Shown here one piece after another: positions 23,796 through 35,075 of a stretch of 64,000 nt of DNA. The DNA lies in NCBI GenBank assembly GCA_965112735.1, contig OZ218955.1, positions 2,604,001 through 2,668,000 on the forward strand, given 5' to 3'. A model generated the notes under the pieces. The model was not told where the DNA came from, searched no databases, and worked only from the letters and a program-made list of their open reading frames with translations. The translations under genes were made by a program, and so were the position numbers. Within the stretch, counting starts at the first letter, position 1. Every line of letters starts with the position of its first letter. Origin of the DNA: Phaeosaccion multiseriatum (lineage: Eukaryota; Protista; Ochrophyta, other classes).

Positions 23796-24926
23796 TGAGA
23801 GGCAGCCAGGGAGAGGAGGGAGAGGGAGAGGGACGGGGGGCTGACGCAGCTCAACAGCTCAGCAGCTGAGCACATTCTCTGTACCATAGACAAGTAGCTG
23901 CCCTACTGTGGAGGAGAGGAGATGGAAGAGGACTCAGGAGGGGGGAGGGGGGTAAGGGGGATTTATTTCGGGCGAGGGGTTCATTTTTGGTGCCACTCGG
24001 CCACTAACCCTAATATTGTTATTAGTAGATAAGAAGGAAGAGAAAGAGGGGAAAAAGGGGAGGAAGAAGTGGGACTGCTCTTCACGTGTGCGACAAGTCC
24101 CTTGAACAAACACAACAGGAGGACACGTTTGAGACACATTTGAAGTTGTAAGAGCGGTTCTGAAAAGTTTAATGAAGGCAAAAAGGATGGAAAGAGTGGG
24201 AGGAGGGTCGTAAACACTCTCTTCTCTGTACAAGTTAGTATACAACGAAAGTGAAAATGAAAAGACAAACTTTGCTCTCATCGTAGTCATACGCAACCCC
24301 ACCCCTTTTAACCACTCAGGGGAGCGGTCGATTCGGTCCTCGCACCAGGTCCGGGATGTGGGGACGGGGAGCCTCATTGCACTCTAATGCCTGGGATTGC
24401 CTACGCCTGGGCCATTGACACGACATTCTCACGGGGCGACTTCCTTCTGCCCCACCTCCACCAGCCATCCCACGACCTCCCACACTCGACACGGGAAAAA
24501 ACAGACCATGCACGAGTCGAATCCCACCACTCTACCTACCTATGTGCCCATCAAGAACACACACACAAAAAAGAAAAAAAAGAAAAAAAGGTATTCCTTA
24601 GCGCACTTGGGTCCCCCATTCGCCATACCCAAGGAAAAGGAACGTTACACTTCAACTGACATACTTGATCTCTGCTTTTCACACTTCTCGGCAGTGTTCT
24701 CGGAGAGCATCGAGGCTCTTGGTTCGGCTGTGCAGCTAAAGCAGCAGCGACACCTATTATACTCAGCATCTTGTGCATCTTCTTGATCTCACGAGAAAGA
24801 ACATTGGAAGGAGGGAGGGGAAGCAAACGAAGAGAAGATCTCTCTCGGCAACCACCCCCTTCGACGTCGTACATCAAATCATTCTCAGCAGCAGCAGTGC
24901 TATCCCTTGGACGGTAGGGAACTACC

Positions 24927-25933
24927 ATGCCCCCCACTTTGGCTCCCAAGCCGCCGTCACCGACCAGGAAGCGGCCTGTGGAGAAGCCTATGGGAGGTCG
25001 ACCTCCGCGCACTGTCCGCCCTTCCAGCGCCCCTTCCTCGGGCAGGCAGCAGGCCAAGCAGGCCATCCTCAGGAAGGTAACTAGGAACTGCGTGGTCAAC
25101 GCAGTCGTCAAGAACAAGGAGGTGCGTGTACGGAAAAGGAGGTGCAGAGGGGAGGAGGAGGACCGGGCTGGCTGTGAGACAGAAAGGCAAAACAAGCGAT
25201 GGTGTAGGATTTGCAGAAAAACTCTCTTTCCAAAGTCTTCTTGTTCATGATGCTCACTAACACCTTGCCGCTCAGGTCATCAAAGCGAGGAACGAGAAGA
25301 TGGGCAAGACCAAGAAGAGGAAGACGAGGAAGGAGATCTTGGCAGCCATGGATCTGCAGGAGCTGCAGGTAAGGAAAGGATCCAGGATTGCCTAATTGGC
25401 GACGCAGAGAGAGAGAGAGGATTGCTTGAGAAGCCGACTGAGGAAGGATTGCTTGGGAGGCCGAGCGAGGAGGAAGGAAGCGTGTCCTCAGGAGAAATTT
25501 CCGTGCAGCTGACGCCCCCCTCCACCTCTTCCTTCGTTCGTTTCGTCGACTGATGGGCCTTCCCTCGTACCCATGTCCTTCTCCCCTACTCGCCGTACCC
25601 CCCCTGCCCCTCCCCGGGCGTCACTCTGTGCGTGCAGATTGAGCGTATGACTATTTCACGTATGGGCTTCCTCGACAAGGTGCAAGAAATAGACGGGCTC
25701 ATCGAGAAGGAGAGGAAGCGACTGCATAGGGAGAGGGAAGAAACTGACAACAACGTGTTGAACAAGAAGCTCAATGGCCTGGACATGGCTCACACAAGGA
25801 GGCAGAACGCCCTGGCGAACACTCTCGCGGCGGACATTAATGTAAGTTTGAGTTGTTTTGTGTCGGTGTGGGTTGGCCCTTCCGGCATGCTCCAGAAGTG
25901 CTCAGGAATAGTCAAGCCGAAAGGTTGTGATCC

Positions 25934-25967
<34 letters not shown>

Positions 25968-27308
25968 GCTCCCCCTCCGCTCCTACTGCCCCCCCCCCCC
26001 GCAGGAGACAAAAGCTAAATTTAAGGAAGAGATGGATAAGCTGAAGGCCCAACAGAAGACGGAGTACTGCCTACTCATTGCCGACACCGCAACCCGCGCC
26101 ACGAGCGGTGTGTCGAGTTGCTCGTGCAAGGTGCAGTACCTTTGTCGCCACAATCGCAGCGCCTCATACAAAACACGCAAGCCCGACAAAGACGTCATTC
26201 GCCTGCGTCAGAACGGGCAGCGACTCAGGCTGTCCGGCAGAACCGAGGAGGTAAGGGACGGGCAGTCTTGGACGAATGAGGAGGAGGAGGAGGAGGAGGA
26301 GGAGGAGGAGGAGGAGGAGGAGGAAGGGTACAGAGGAGGAACTGCAGCTGCCCCTGCCCCAGCCCCTGCTCCTGCCTCTCGCCGTCGCTCCGCACTGCTG
26401 CTGACTGACCTTCCCCTCTACTCTCCGAATCGCTGATGCCAATGATACACCAACACCCTCAGGCGGAGGAGATGGAGAGCTCGGCGGCCCTAATGGAGAG
26501 CAAGGCCGAGAAGAGATGGAGGGTGACGGTGGAGAGAGGCATCATTGCGTCGGCGTGGGAGGGGGGCAAGAGCCGCCTTGAGCGCCTCGTAGAGAAGCAG
26601 ATGCGTGTCTGCGCCATGCTGGAGATTACACAGAACGAGAAGGTCAGACAAACACACATGCCTGTTGTATACATGTCGAGTCAGACAAACACACATGCCT
26701 GTTGTATACATGTCGAGTCAGACAAACACACATGCCTGTTGTATACATGTCGAGTCAGACAAACACACATGCCTGTTGTATTCATGTCGAAGCGGACTGG
26801 GTTGCAGAACTCTCTTTCTTTTCTTTCCCTCTCTCCCGCCTTCACCCCCTCCCTAAACCCCTCCCTCCCTCCCTCCCTCCCTCCCCCCCTCTCTCTCTCT
26901 GCTCTACTCTGCTCAGCTCGCCCTACTGGAGGAGCAGCACAACATTCTCCGCCGCAACTTGCTGTCGACGCTGCAGGCAGAGCGCAAGAAGGTTATTGTC
27001 TATTGCCGCAGAGAGGCCCTCAAGAGACGCACAGCTAACCTTGTCGAGGCCGCGGAAGAGAGATCTAGGTGAGGGGGCCGGGGGGGGGGCGGATGGAGGT
27101 GGATGGGGATGGGTTTAGAGGGGGGAAGGGGTGGGTGGGCAGACTCTTTCCAACTGCTTGACGGCCTCTGGTGGCTGCATGCGTCGGAAAGATGATCAAA
27201 GATGATCAGAGCGCGACAGCGTGACAGTTATGGAGTGTCTAACACATCAAGGTTCCGTCCTGCCTTCCCTCTATCCTGCCTCTGCCTTCCTCTGTCTCTA
27301 CCTCTGGG

Positions 27309-27398
<90 letters not shown>

Positions 27399-29724
27399 CC
27401 TGTCCGTTGCTGCCGCAGAATGCGCAAGACAAAGTCCGACGGAATGAACAACGTGTCCAAAAACTTCGGCAGTGATGACGGCGACAGGTAAGGAAGGAAA
27501 TGTGCAGGGCCTTTCATCCTGTGAGACAGTTTATGTGGATGACGACGAGGACGAGATAATCATGACGATTGATGAAGATATTAACGTTCCTTCGATGCTC
27601 CTCTCCTCCGCCCATACGCCTACAACCAACCACAGCGACTATGACGACGAGAAGGACGATCGCCTTGAAGGGTGGGTGGCTCCCGAGGCGTGCGGGGTGC
27701 ATAACTCGGAGGCTATTGCTTCCTTTGACCAGATTCAAACGGGCCAGATCCACGAAGACCTTGCCAGCGGGGCGGCCTTCACCAATGCAGATGGGTCCAT
27801 CAAGACGTCGGGCTCACGGGCGATGGATGCGTATCGCATGAAGCAGGGCGGGGCTACAGAGGTCTATGATCCCACCCGAGAGGTGAGGAAGTTGGTGATA
27901 CGAGAGAAGGAGGGAGGGAAGGAGGGAAGGAGGGAGGGAGGGAGGGAGGGAGGGAGGGAGGGAGGGAGGGAGGGAGAGATGGAGGGAGGGAGGGAGGGAG
28001 GGAGGGAGGGAGGGAGGGAGGGATGGAGGGAGGGAGGGAGGGAGGGTGGAAGGAGGGATGGACGGATGGATGGATGGACGGAGGGAAGGAAGGAAGGATG
28101 GATGAAGGGCGGAAGGAAGAAGGGAGGGAGGGAGGGGAAGGAGAGAAGGAGACTTGACTTGAACTGGATCTGTGATGAACTGAACAAAGCAACCCTTCCC
28201 CTGTCCCTCTCCCCTCACCCTCCGCCTCGTCTCACTCCTTGTCGTGTGTCCAATAAATAGGGAACGGCAATCAAGGGGCTGGACAAGGCTGCAACGATGC
28301 TCCAAAACAACAACTTTACCCCAGGAGCACCCCAGGGGGGAGGAGGGCCGGCTACAAACAGAAAGATTAAGTTTGATGATGACGAAGACGACGACGAGGA
28401 CGAGGACGAAGATGAAGATGACGAGGAGGAGGACGAGGACGATGAGGAAGAGGAGGACAGCGACGAAGGAGGCGGACAGAAGACACCTCCTCCATCATCA
28501 TCAGCACCGCGGCCCATGGGTGCTGTCGCCTCCTCGCCGAGCTTCGGCGCCCCCCCCGGGGCTGGAGCAATGGGTGGAGGTCCAATGGGCGCAATGAGAG
28601 GGGGTGTACCGCCGATGGGGGGGGGTATACCGCCAATGGGAGGGGGTATGCCGTCAATGGGTATGCCGTCAATGGGGGGTGCCGGACCGCCAATGGGGGG
28701 GGGTATGCCACCAATGGGGGGTGCTGGACCGCCCATGGGAGGGGGTATGTCACCAATGGGGGGTGCTGGACCGCCTATGGGAGGGGGTATGCCACCAATG
28801 GGGGGTGCTGGACCGCCTATGGGGGGGGGTATGCCACCAATGGGGGGTGCCGGACCGCCCATGGGAGGGGGTATGCCACCAATGGGGGGTGCCGGACCGC
28901 CCATGGGAGGGGGTATGCCACCAATGGGGGGTGCTGGACCGCCTATGGGAGGGGGTATGCCACCAATGGGGGGTGCTGGACCACCTATGGGGGGGGGTAT
29001 GCCACCAATGGGGGGTGCCGGACCGCCCATGGGAGGGGGGGGAATGGCAGCAGGGATGAGCATGCCTCCGGCGACTTCTGCTCAGCCTGTGACGTCACCA
29101 GCCGCTGGCAAGAGTGAGGAGGAGGAGGAGGAGGAGGAGGAGGAGGAAGAAGAGGAGGAGGAGGAGGAGGAGGAGGAGGAGGAGGAGGAGGGGGAGGAGA
29201 AGGAGGAGGAGGAAGGGGGGAAGGAGGATGACGAGGAGGAGGATGACGAGGAGGAGGGAGGAGGGGAGGGGGCGGCGGAGGAAGGGGAGAAAGAGGGGGG
29301 GAACAAGGAGGATGAGGGGGGAGATGAAGAGGAGGAGGAGGACGAGGAGGACGAGGAGGAGGAGGAAGATGATGATGATGATGATGAGGACGAGGACGAG
29401 GACGAGGAGGATAGGGAGGATATGGAGGAGGAAGCGGAGGGCGAGAAGGCGCAGCAGCTCCAGGAGGAGAAGGTGGTGGTGGTGGTGACCGAGACAGAGG
29501 GGGAGAAGGAGGATGAGGAGGAGGAGGAGGAGGAGGAGGACGACGACGACGAGGAGGAGGAGGAAGATGAGGCAAACGAGCAGCAGCTGCAAGAGGAGGT
29601 GGTGGTTATTGAGAAGGAGGAAAAGGAGGAGGAGGAACAGGAGGAGGAGGAGGAGGAGGAGGTGGTGGTGGTTATTGAGAAGGAGGAAAAGGAGGAGGAG
29701 GAGGAAGAGGAGGAGGAAGAGGAG

Positions 29725-29756
<32 letters not shown>

Positions 29757-32700
29757 GGAGGAGGAGGAGGAGGAAGAGGAGGAGGAAAAGGAGGAGGAGG
29801 AGGAGGAGGAGGAGGAGGAGGAGGAGGCAAAAGAGCAGCAGCTGCAAGAGGAGGTGGTGGTTATTGAGAAGGAGGAAAAGGAGGAGGAGCAAGAGGAGGA
29901 GGAAGAGGAGGAGGAGGAGGAGGAGGAGGAGGAGGAAGAGGAGGAGGAGGAGGAGAAGGAGGAGGAGGAGGCAAAAGAGCAGCAGCTGCAAGAGGAGGTG
30001 GTGGTTATTGAGAAGGAGGAGGAGGAGGAGGAGGAGGAGGAGGAGGAGGAGGAGGAGGAGAAGGAGGAGAAGGAGGCGGCGGCGGAGGAGGAGGAGGAGG
30101 AGGAGGAAGAGGAAGAGCAAGAGGCAGAGGAGAAAGAGGAGGAAGAGGAGGAGGACAACGAAGCGACGGAGGAGGTGGTGGTGATAGAGACGAAGGAGGA
30201 AGAAGACGAGGGGAAAGAGGAGGAGGAAATGAAGGAGGAGGAACAGGAGGAGGAGGAGGAGGAGGAGGGAGAGGGAGAGGAAGAGGCAGAGGAGAAAGAG
30301 GAGGAAGAGGAGGAGGACAATGAAGCGACGGAGGAGGAGGTGGTGGTGATAGAGACGAAGGAGGAAGAAGACGAGGGGCAAGAGGAGGAGGAAATGAAGG
30401 AGGAAGAGGAGGAGGAGGAGGAGGAGAAGGAGGAGGAGGAGGAGGAGGAGGAGGAGGAGGAGGAGAAAGAGGAGGAGGATGAGGAAAAGGAGGAGGTGGA
30501 GGTGGTGGCGATGGAGGAGAAGGAGGAGGAAGAGGCGGAGGGGGAGGAGGAGGGGGAGGAGGAGGAGGACGAGGAGGAGGAGAAGGAGGAGGACGAGGAG
30601 GAGGAGAAGGAGGAGGACGAGGAGGACGAGGAGGACGAGGAGGGGGGGGGGGAAGGACGGAGAGGAGAAGAAGAAGAAGGATGAGGTGGTGGTGATGGAG
30701 AAGAAGGAGGGAGAACAAGAAGGAGAGGAGGAGAAGAGGAGGAGGAGGAGGAGGAGGAGGAGGAGGAGGAGGAGGAGGAGGAGGAGGAGGAGGAGGAGAA
30801 GAACGAGGAGGAGGATGAGGAAAAGGAGGAGGTGGAGGTGGTGGCGATGGAGGAGAAGGAGGAGGAAGAGGCGGAGGGGGAGGAGGAGGGGGAGGAGGAG
30901 AAGGAGGAGGACGAGGAGGACGAGGAGGACGAGGAGGGGGGGGGAGAAGGACGGAGAGGAGAAGAAGAAGAAGGAGGAGGTGGTGGTGATGGAGAAGAAG
31001 GAGGGAGAACAAGAAGGAGAGGAGGAGAAAGAGGAGGAGGAGGAGGAGGAGGAGGAGGAGGAGGAGGACGAGGAGGAGGAGGAGGAGGATGAGGAAAAGG
31101 AGGAGGTGGAGGTGGTGGCGATGGAGGAGAAGGAGGAGGAAGAGGCGGAGGGGGAGGAGGAGGGGGAGGAGGAGGAGGAGGAGGAGGAGGACGAGGACGA
31201 GGAGGAGGAGAAGGAGGAGGACGAGGAGGAGGAGAAGGAGGAGGACGAGGAGGGGGGGGGGGAGAAGGACGGAGAGGAGAAGAAGAAGGAGGAGGTGGTG
31301 GTGATGGAGAAGAAGGAGGGAAAACAAGAACGAGAGGAGGAGAAAGAGGAGGAGGAGGAGGAGGAGGAGGAGGAGGAGGAGGAGGAGAGGGAGGAGGGAG
31401 ACGATGAGAAGGAGGAAGGGGAGGAGAAGGCGGCGGAGCAGGAGGATGTGGTAGTGACGGAGAGGAAGGAGGATGAAGAGGAGGAGGAAGAAGAAGAAGA
31501 TGATGATGATGATGATGAGGAGGAGGAGGAGATGGAGGAGGGAGACGATGAGAAGGAGAAGGAGAGGACGCAGCGAGAGCAGGCTGAGGCAGCACTCCGA
31601 GAGAGAAAGAGACTGGCAGCACAACGTGAGGAGGAGGAAAAGAAGGAGCGAGAACTGAAACTCCAAGAACAAGTTTTGGAGGAGGAGGAGCGACTGGCTA
31701 TGGCGGCAGCCGCTGCTGCCACACTCGAGGAGGAAGAGGCAGCGAAGGAGAAGCAGAAGGAAGAGGAAGAGGGGGAGGGGGAGGGGGAGGAGGAGGAGGA
31801 GAAGGAGCAGCAGGAGGAGGAAGAGGGGGAGGAGGAGGACGGTAAGGGGGAGGAGGAGGAGGAGGAGGAGGAGGAGGAGGAGGAGGAGGAGGTGGAGGAG
31901 GAGGAGAGGGAGCAGCAGGAGCAAAAAGGAGGTGTATGCGACTCCGACGGACCGGCATGGGCTCGAAAGCTGTCGAAGGCCAGTGCCAGTGCTATGGCAG
32001 GGGCACTGCAGCCTGTGGAAGCTGTAGACCAAGACGGTATCGCGTGGGTAAGGCGAGCGTCAGAGGGCATCACCTCCACCCCCCCCTCGACAGAAGAGGA
32101 GGAGGAGGAGGACAAGGGAGAGGAGCAACCAGGGGATGCTTGTGACTGTGGCGGACCGGGATGGGTTCGGAAGCTGTCGAAGGTCAGTGCCAGTGTTGCG
32201 CCAGTAGGAGTGTCGCCTGTGCAAGCCGCTGACCAGGACGGTCTCGCGTGGGTGAGGCGAGCATCAGAGGGAATCACCTCCACCCCACTCTCAACAAACC
32301 TCACGGGGGCAGCAGCAACTGAGGGTGGTGATGGAGCAGCGGTGCCAGTCTCAGAACCGAGAGTACCAGCAGCAGCATCAGAAGCAGTAGCACAGCCAGC
32401 AGAAGAGCCAGCAGAAGAGCCAGCAGGGGCAGCAGCAGAAGCAGAAGCGAAGGCCGCGACAGGACAGGAGGGGCCGGAGTGGGTGAGGCGGCTTTCGTCA
32501 ACAGTCGAGGCTGCAGAAAGCGCAGCAGGGGGGGGGCAATCGGACGGGGCGGAGTATGGTGATGATGATGCCAGTGGCAGTGGGCTCGGTTGGGTGCGGG
32601 CCCTCTCTCTGAACTTGTGGGAGGGCGCGCCAGTGGCCCAACCATCGGGGCTGAGCAGGAGAGGCGAAGAGGGCGAGGAGAAGGAGCAGGGCTCTGCGGC

Positions 32701-32995
32701 TGTGTTGTCAGAAGGAGGAGCAAGAAGGGGATTAGACTGGATCAGTCGAGCCTCGCAGGGAGCGAAGAAGGTGGGGGTGCCAGTACGATTAGCGGGATTC
32801 ATCGGCGCGCAGCAAGTGCAAGTAGGAGGCCTCAATGTGCATGCCAATGCGGTCGACTGGGCGACCACGACGGACTGCGGGCCGCCGGCGGGGGAGTACT
32901 TGGCGTCAGCGCCCCGCAAAGTAGCGGTAGGGCCGTCCTACGCGGGATCTTTCATTTGCTGGACGGCGAGTTTTAGTACCAGCATTCCAGCCTAG
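24927..32995 (+). CDS. Multi-exon uncharacterised coiled-coil protein with Gly/Met/Pro repeats and a very long Glu-rich region
   Basis: Exons ~24927-25121, 25276-25367, 25638-25841, 26005-26250, 26463-26642, 26917-27068, 27419-27488, 27530-27882 and 28261 onward have GT-AG boundaries and coiled-coil content. Frameshifts near 30650, 30737 and 30940, in or near homopolymer/GAG runs, separate the ORFs 28297..30684 and 30479..32995. Confidence 0.6.
26643..26790 (+). repeat. 4 x 37-bp tandem repeat starting at an intron donor
   Basis: gtcagacaaacacacatgcctgttgtatacatgtcga at 26643, 26680, 26717 and 26754. Confidence 0.95.
28672..29040 (+). repeat. 9 x 42-bp coding repeat (MGGAGPPMGGGMPP)
   Basis: 42-bp period seen directly in the DNA, 14-aa period in the translation. 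Confidence 0.9.
29115..31925 (+). repeat. (GAG)n-dominated purine tract encoding poly-Glu, containing a ~300-bp unit triplicated at ~30472/30809/31082
   Basis: Direct inspection; the unit 'gatgaggaaaaggaggaggtggaggtggtggcgatggaggagaag' recurs three times. Confidence 0.9.
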
Positions 32996-34746
32996 AATAA
33001 CGAAGGGAATGTAGTAGCTATCCACACAAAATTATATGGGCACCATCCCCTGCTGTCCTTGCCCCTTTTTCTTTTTATTTTCTTCTCACCCTCTGACCAC
33101 AGAGTCGGCCCTCTGGACAAGGTTATCTGATTACTGAGTACGGCCGGCGCAGCCAGCCTGATTACTGATTATTGGCGCCAGCCGGCCTGAAGAGCTGAAT
33201 TGCATTCATCAGTTTCATCAGTTTCATCAGTTTCATCAGTTTCCAATTTCAATTTCTCCCACCTTTCTCCACCAAACTGCCGACCTTCCATTCCACAAAT
33301 CCTGGGCTTTTGCAGGCTCTTGTTATTTCTCGATAGCTAAAGAACAATGGCGCAGAAGAGCATGTCAATGCAGAAGGAGCAGCGATGCACTTCCCTCGTA
33401 CCCCTGCCAGTGCCGTTCGGCTTCCAGCAGGTTGGCACTACCCTGCTGCCGGAAGCAGGTAGGTTAATTTTGCCTCACCGACCTCTGCCTCCCGTACTTG
33501 TCCCATGCCCTGAAACTGGGGTAGGCTCCGAGCTCCGTGTCTCCTGCTCTACTGACAGTAGTATTTGGTCTCCTCTCACTCTTGCCAGAGAAAAATTGGG
33601 AGAACGACGACAGGATTTCGGAGTGCGGTAGTACCAAGGCCAACAACAAGGATCTAACTGTAAAGAACATGGACAATGAGCTTCAAGACCTCCCCATCCT
33701 TGTGATACCGAGTTGGAGAGACTTTGGACACAATGACCGTCGAGGACAGGTTGGCTCAGGCTCCCAGGACAACGAGGCTTCGGGAGTGCACACACAGGAT
33801 GGAGGAGCAGCACACGGTGCTCTCTCCCCCCCCACCACGACCCCACCTTCACGTTCTTCAGCCAGCGCGGCCACGCTGGTGAAAACCCCAGATAATTACA
33901 ACCCCTCATCCTCTCCCCCACGCATTCTACCTAGTGCCCCTTCTAGACGCCCGCCCTCCCCGACGACTCCACCGGCTTCCGACAAGCACCGACGCACCTC
34001 TTCATCTCCACCAATCTCTCCGTCTTCTCGCTCGCCGCGGGCCGCAGACACAGTGCAACGCTTCACTTTTTGGTAGCTTGCTCTACCCTATCACCTATCA
34101 CTCTCCTCAGCGCATGTCTTTCCAGAGGAAGTGTATTTCAAGCAGTTAAAGTTTTGATGGAGGGGTGTTAAGTAGCGCTGCTGAGCAGCAGGGAGGAGGA
34201 AGCCCACACAGTCAGGTATGGATGGGACGGAGCTGTGTGGGCGAGTACGTGGGAATGAGTAAGTAAGATAGTAAAGGAGAGAGTAAGTTAAGTTAGTGTG
34301 CGAGTTTGTGCGCGAGGAAGTGAGTGCGTTAGGAGTGAGTTCAGTTCGAGTTGAGTTAAAAGACTAAAACGCACTGTATTGCAGTTTTACATCAAAAAAT
34401 GCCCAGCGTGGAAGCAGCGAAGCAGCGCCGTGGCCGTAGCTTTGGCAGGAGTGTTCGACGTGTTTGGCAGGAGTATTCGACGTGTGTAAGGCGAGCTCTT
34501 GCGCTTTCAATTGCTCTCCTTCTCCGCCGCCTTCTCTGCTGGTGGTGTACCACCAACTGCTCTGGACTTCTGCCGCTCTGGACTGCTGCTGTCCGGACAG
34601 CTGCTGTCCTTCGGAACGGCTGCCCTTCGAAACTGCGCTGCTCCGAGCTGCTGCTTGCTCTGCACTTCTGCTACTCAGAACGGTTGCTGCTGTGCGGAGC
34701 GCTGCTGCTGCTGCTGCTGCTACTCTGAATTGGTCTGGTCCCACTG

Positions 34747-35075
34747 CTGCTCTAGACGGCTGCTCGTTTTGGTCCTACAGCTGCTCTAGACTGCTGCTCG
34801 TGTTGGTCCCACAGCTGCTCTAGACTGCTGCTCGTGTTGGTCCTACAGCTGCTCTAGACTGCTGCTTGTGTTGGTCCTACAGCTGCTCTAGACTGCTGCT
34901 CGTGTTGGTCCTACAGCTGCTCTAGACTGCTGCTCGTGTTGGTCCTACAGCTGCTCTAGACTGCTGCTCGTGTTGGTCCCACAGCTGCTCTAGACTGCTG
35001 CTCGTGTTGGTCCTACAGCTGCTCTAGACTGCTGCTCGTGTTGGTCCTACAGCTGCTCTAGACTGCTGCTTGTGC
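34747..35075. repeat. ~9.6 x 34-bp minisatellite
   Basis: ctgctctagactgctgctcgtgttggtcctacag at 34747, 34781, 34815 ... 35053, with no spacers. Confidence 0.95.

Noticed and set aside
26643-26790. 37-bp repeats as a CRISPR or iteron array
   Set aside because: Head-to-tail intronic minisatellite without spacers.
30640-30950. Programmed frameshifting in the Glu-rich gene
   Set aside because: The indels fall in or beside G-homopolymers and GAG runs, and the third copy of the same unit is in frame; sequencing error or slippage is more parsimonious.
29082-32919. Minus-strand 846, 1274 and 675 aa ORFs
   Set aside because: Antisense shadows of the (GAG)n poly-Glu exon.
34747-35075. 34-bp repeat array as a CRISPR
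   Set aside because: The units are directly adjacent with no unique spacers, there are no cas genes, and the context is eukaryotic.
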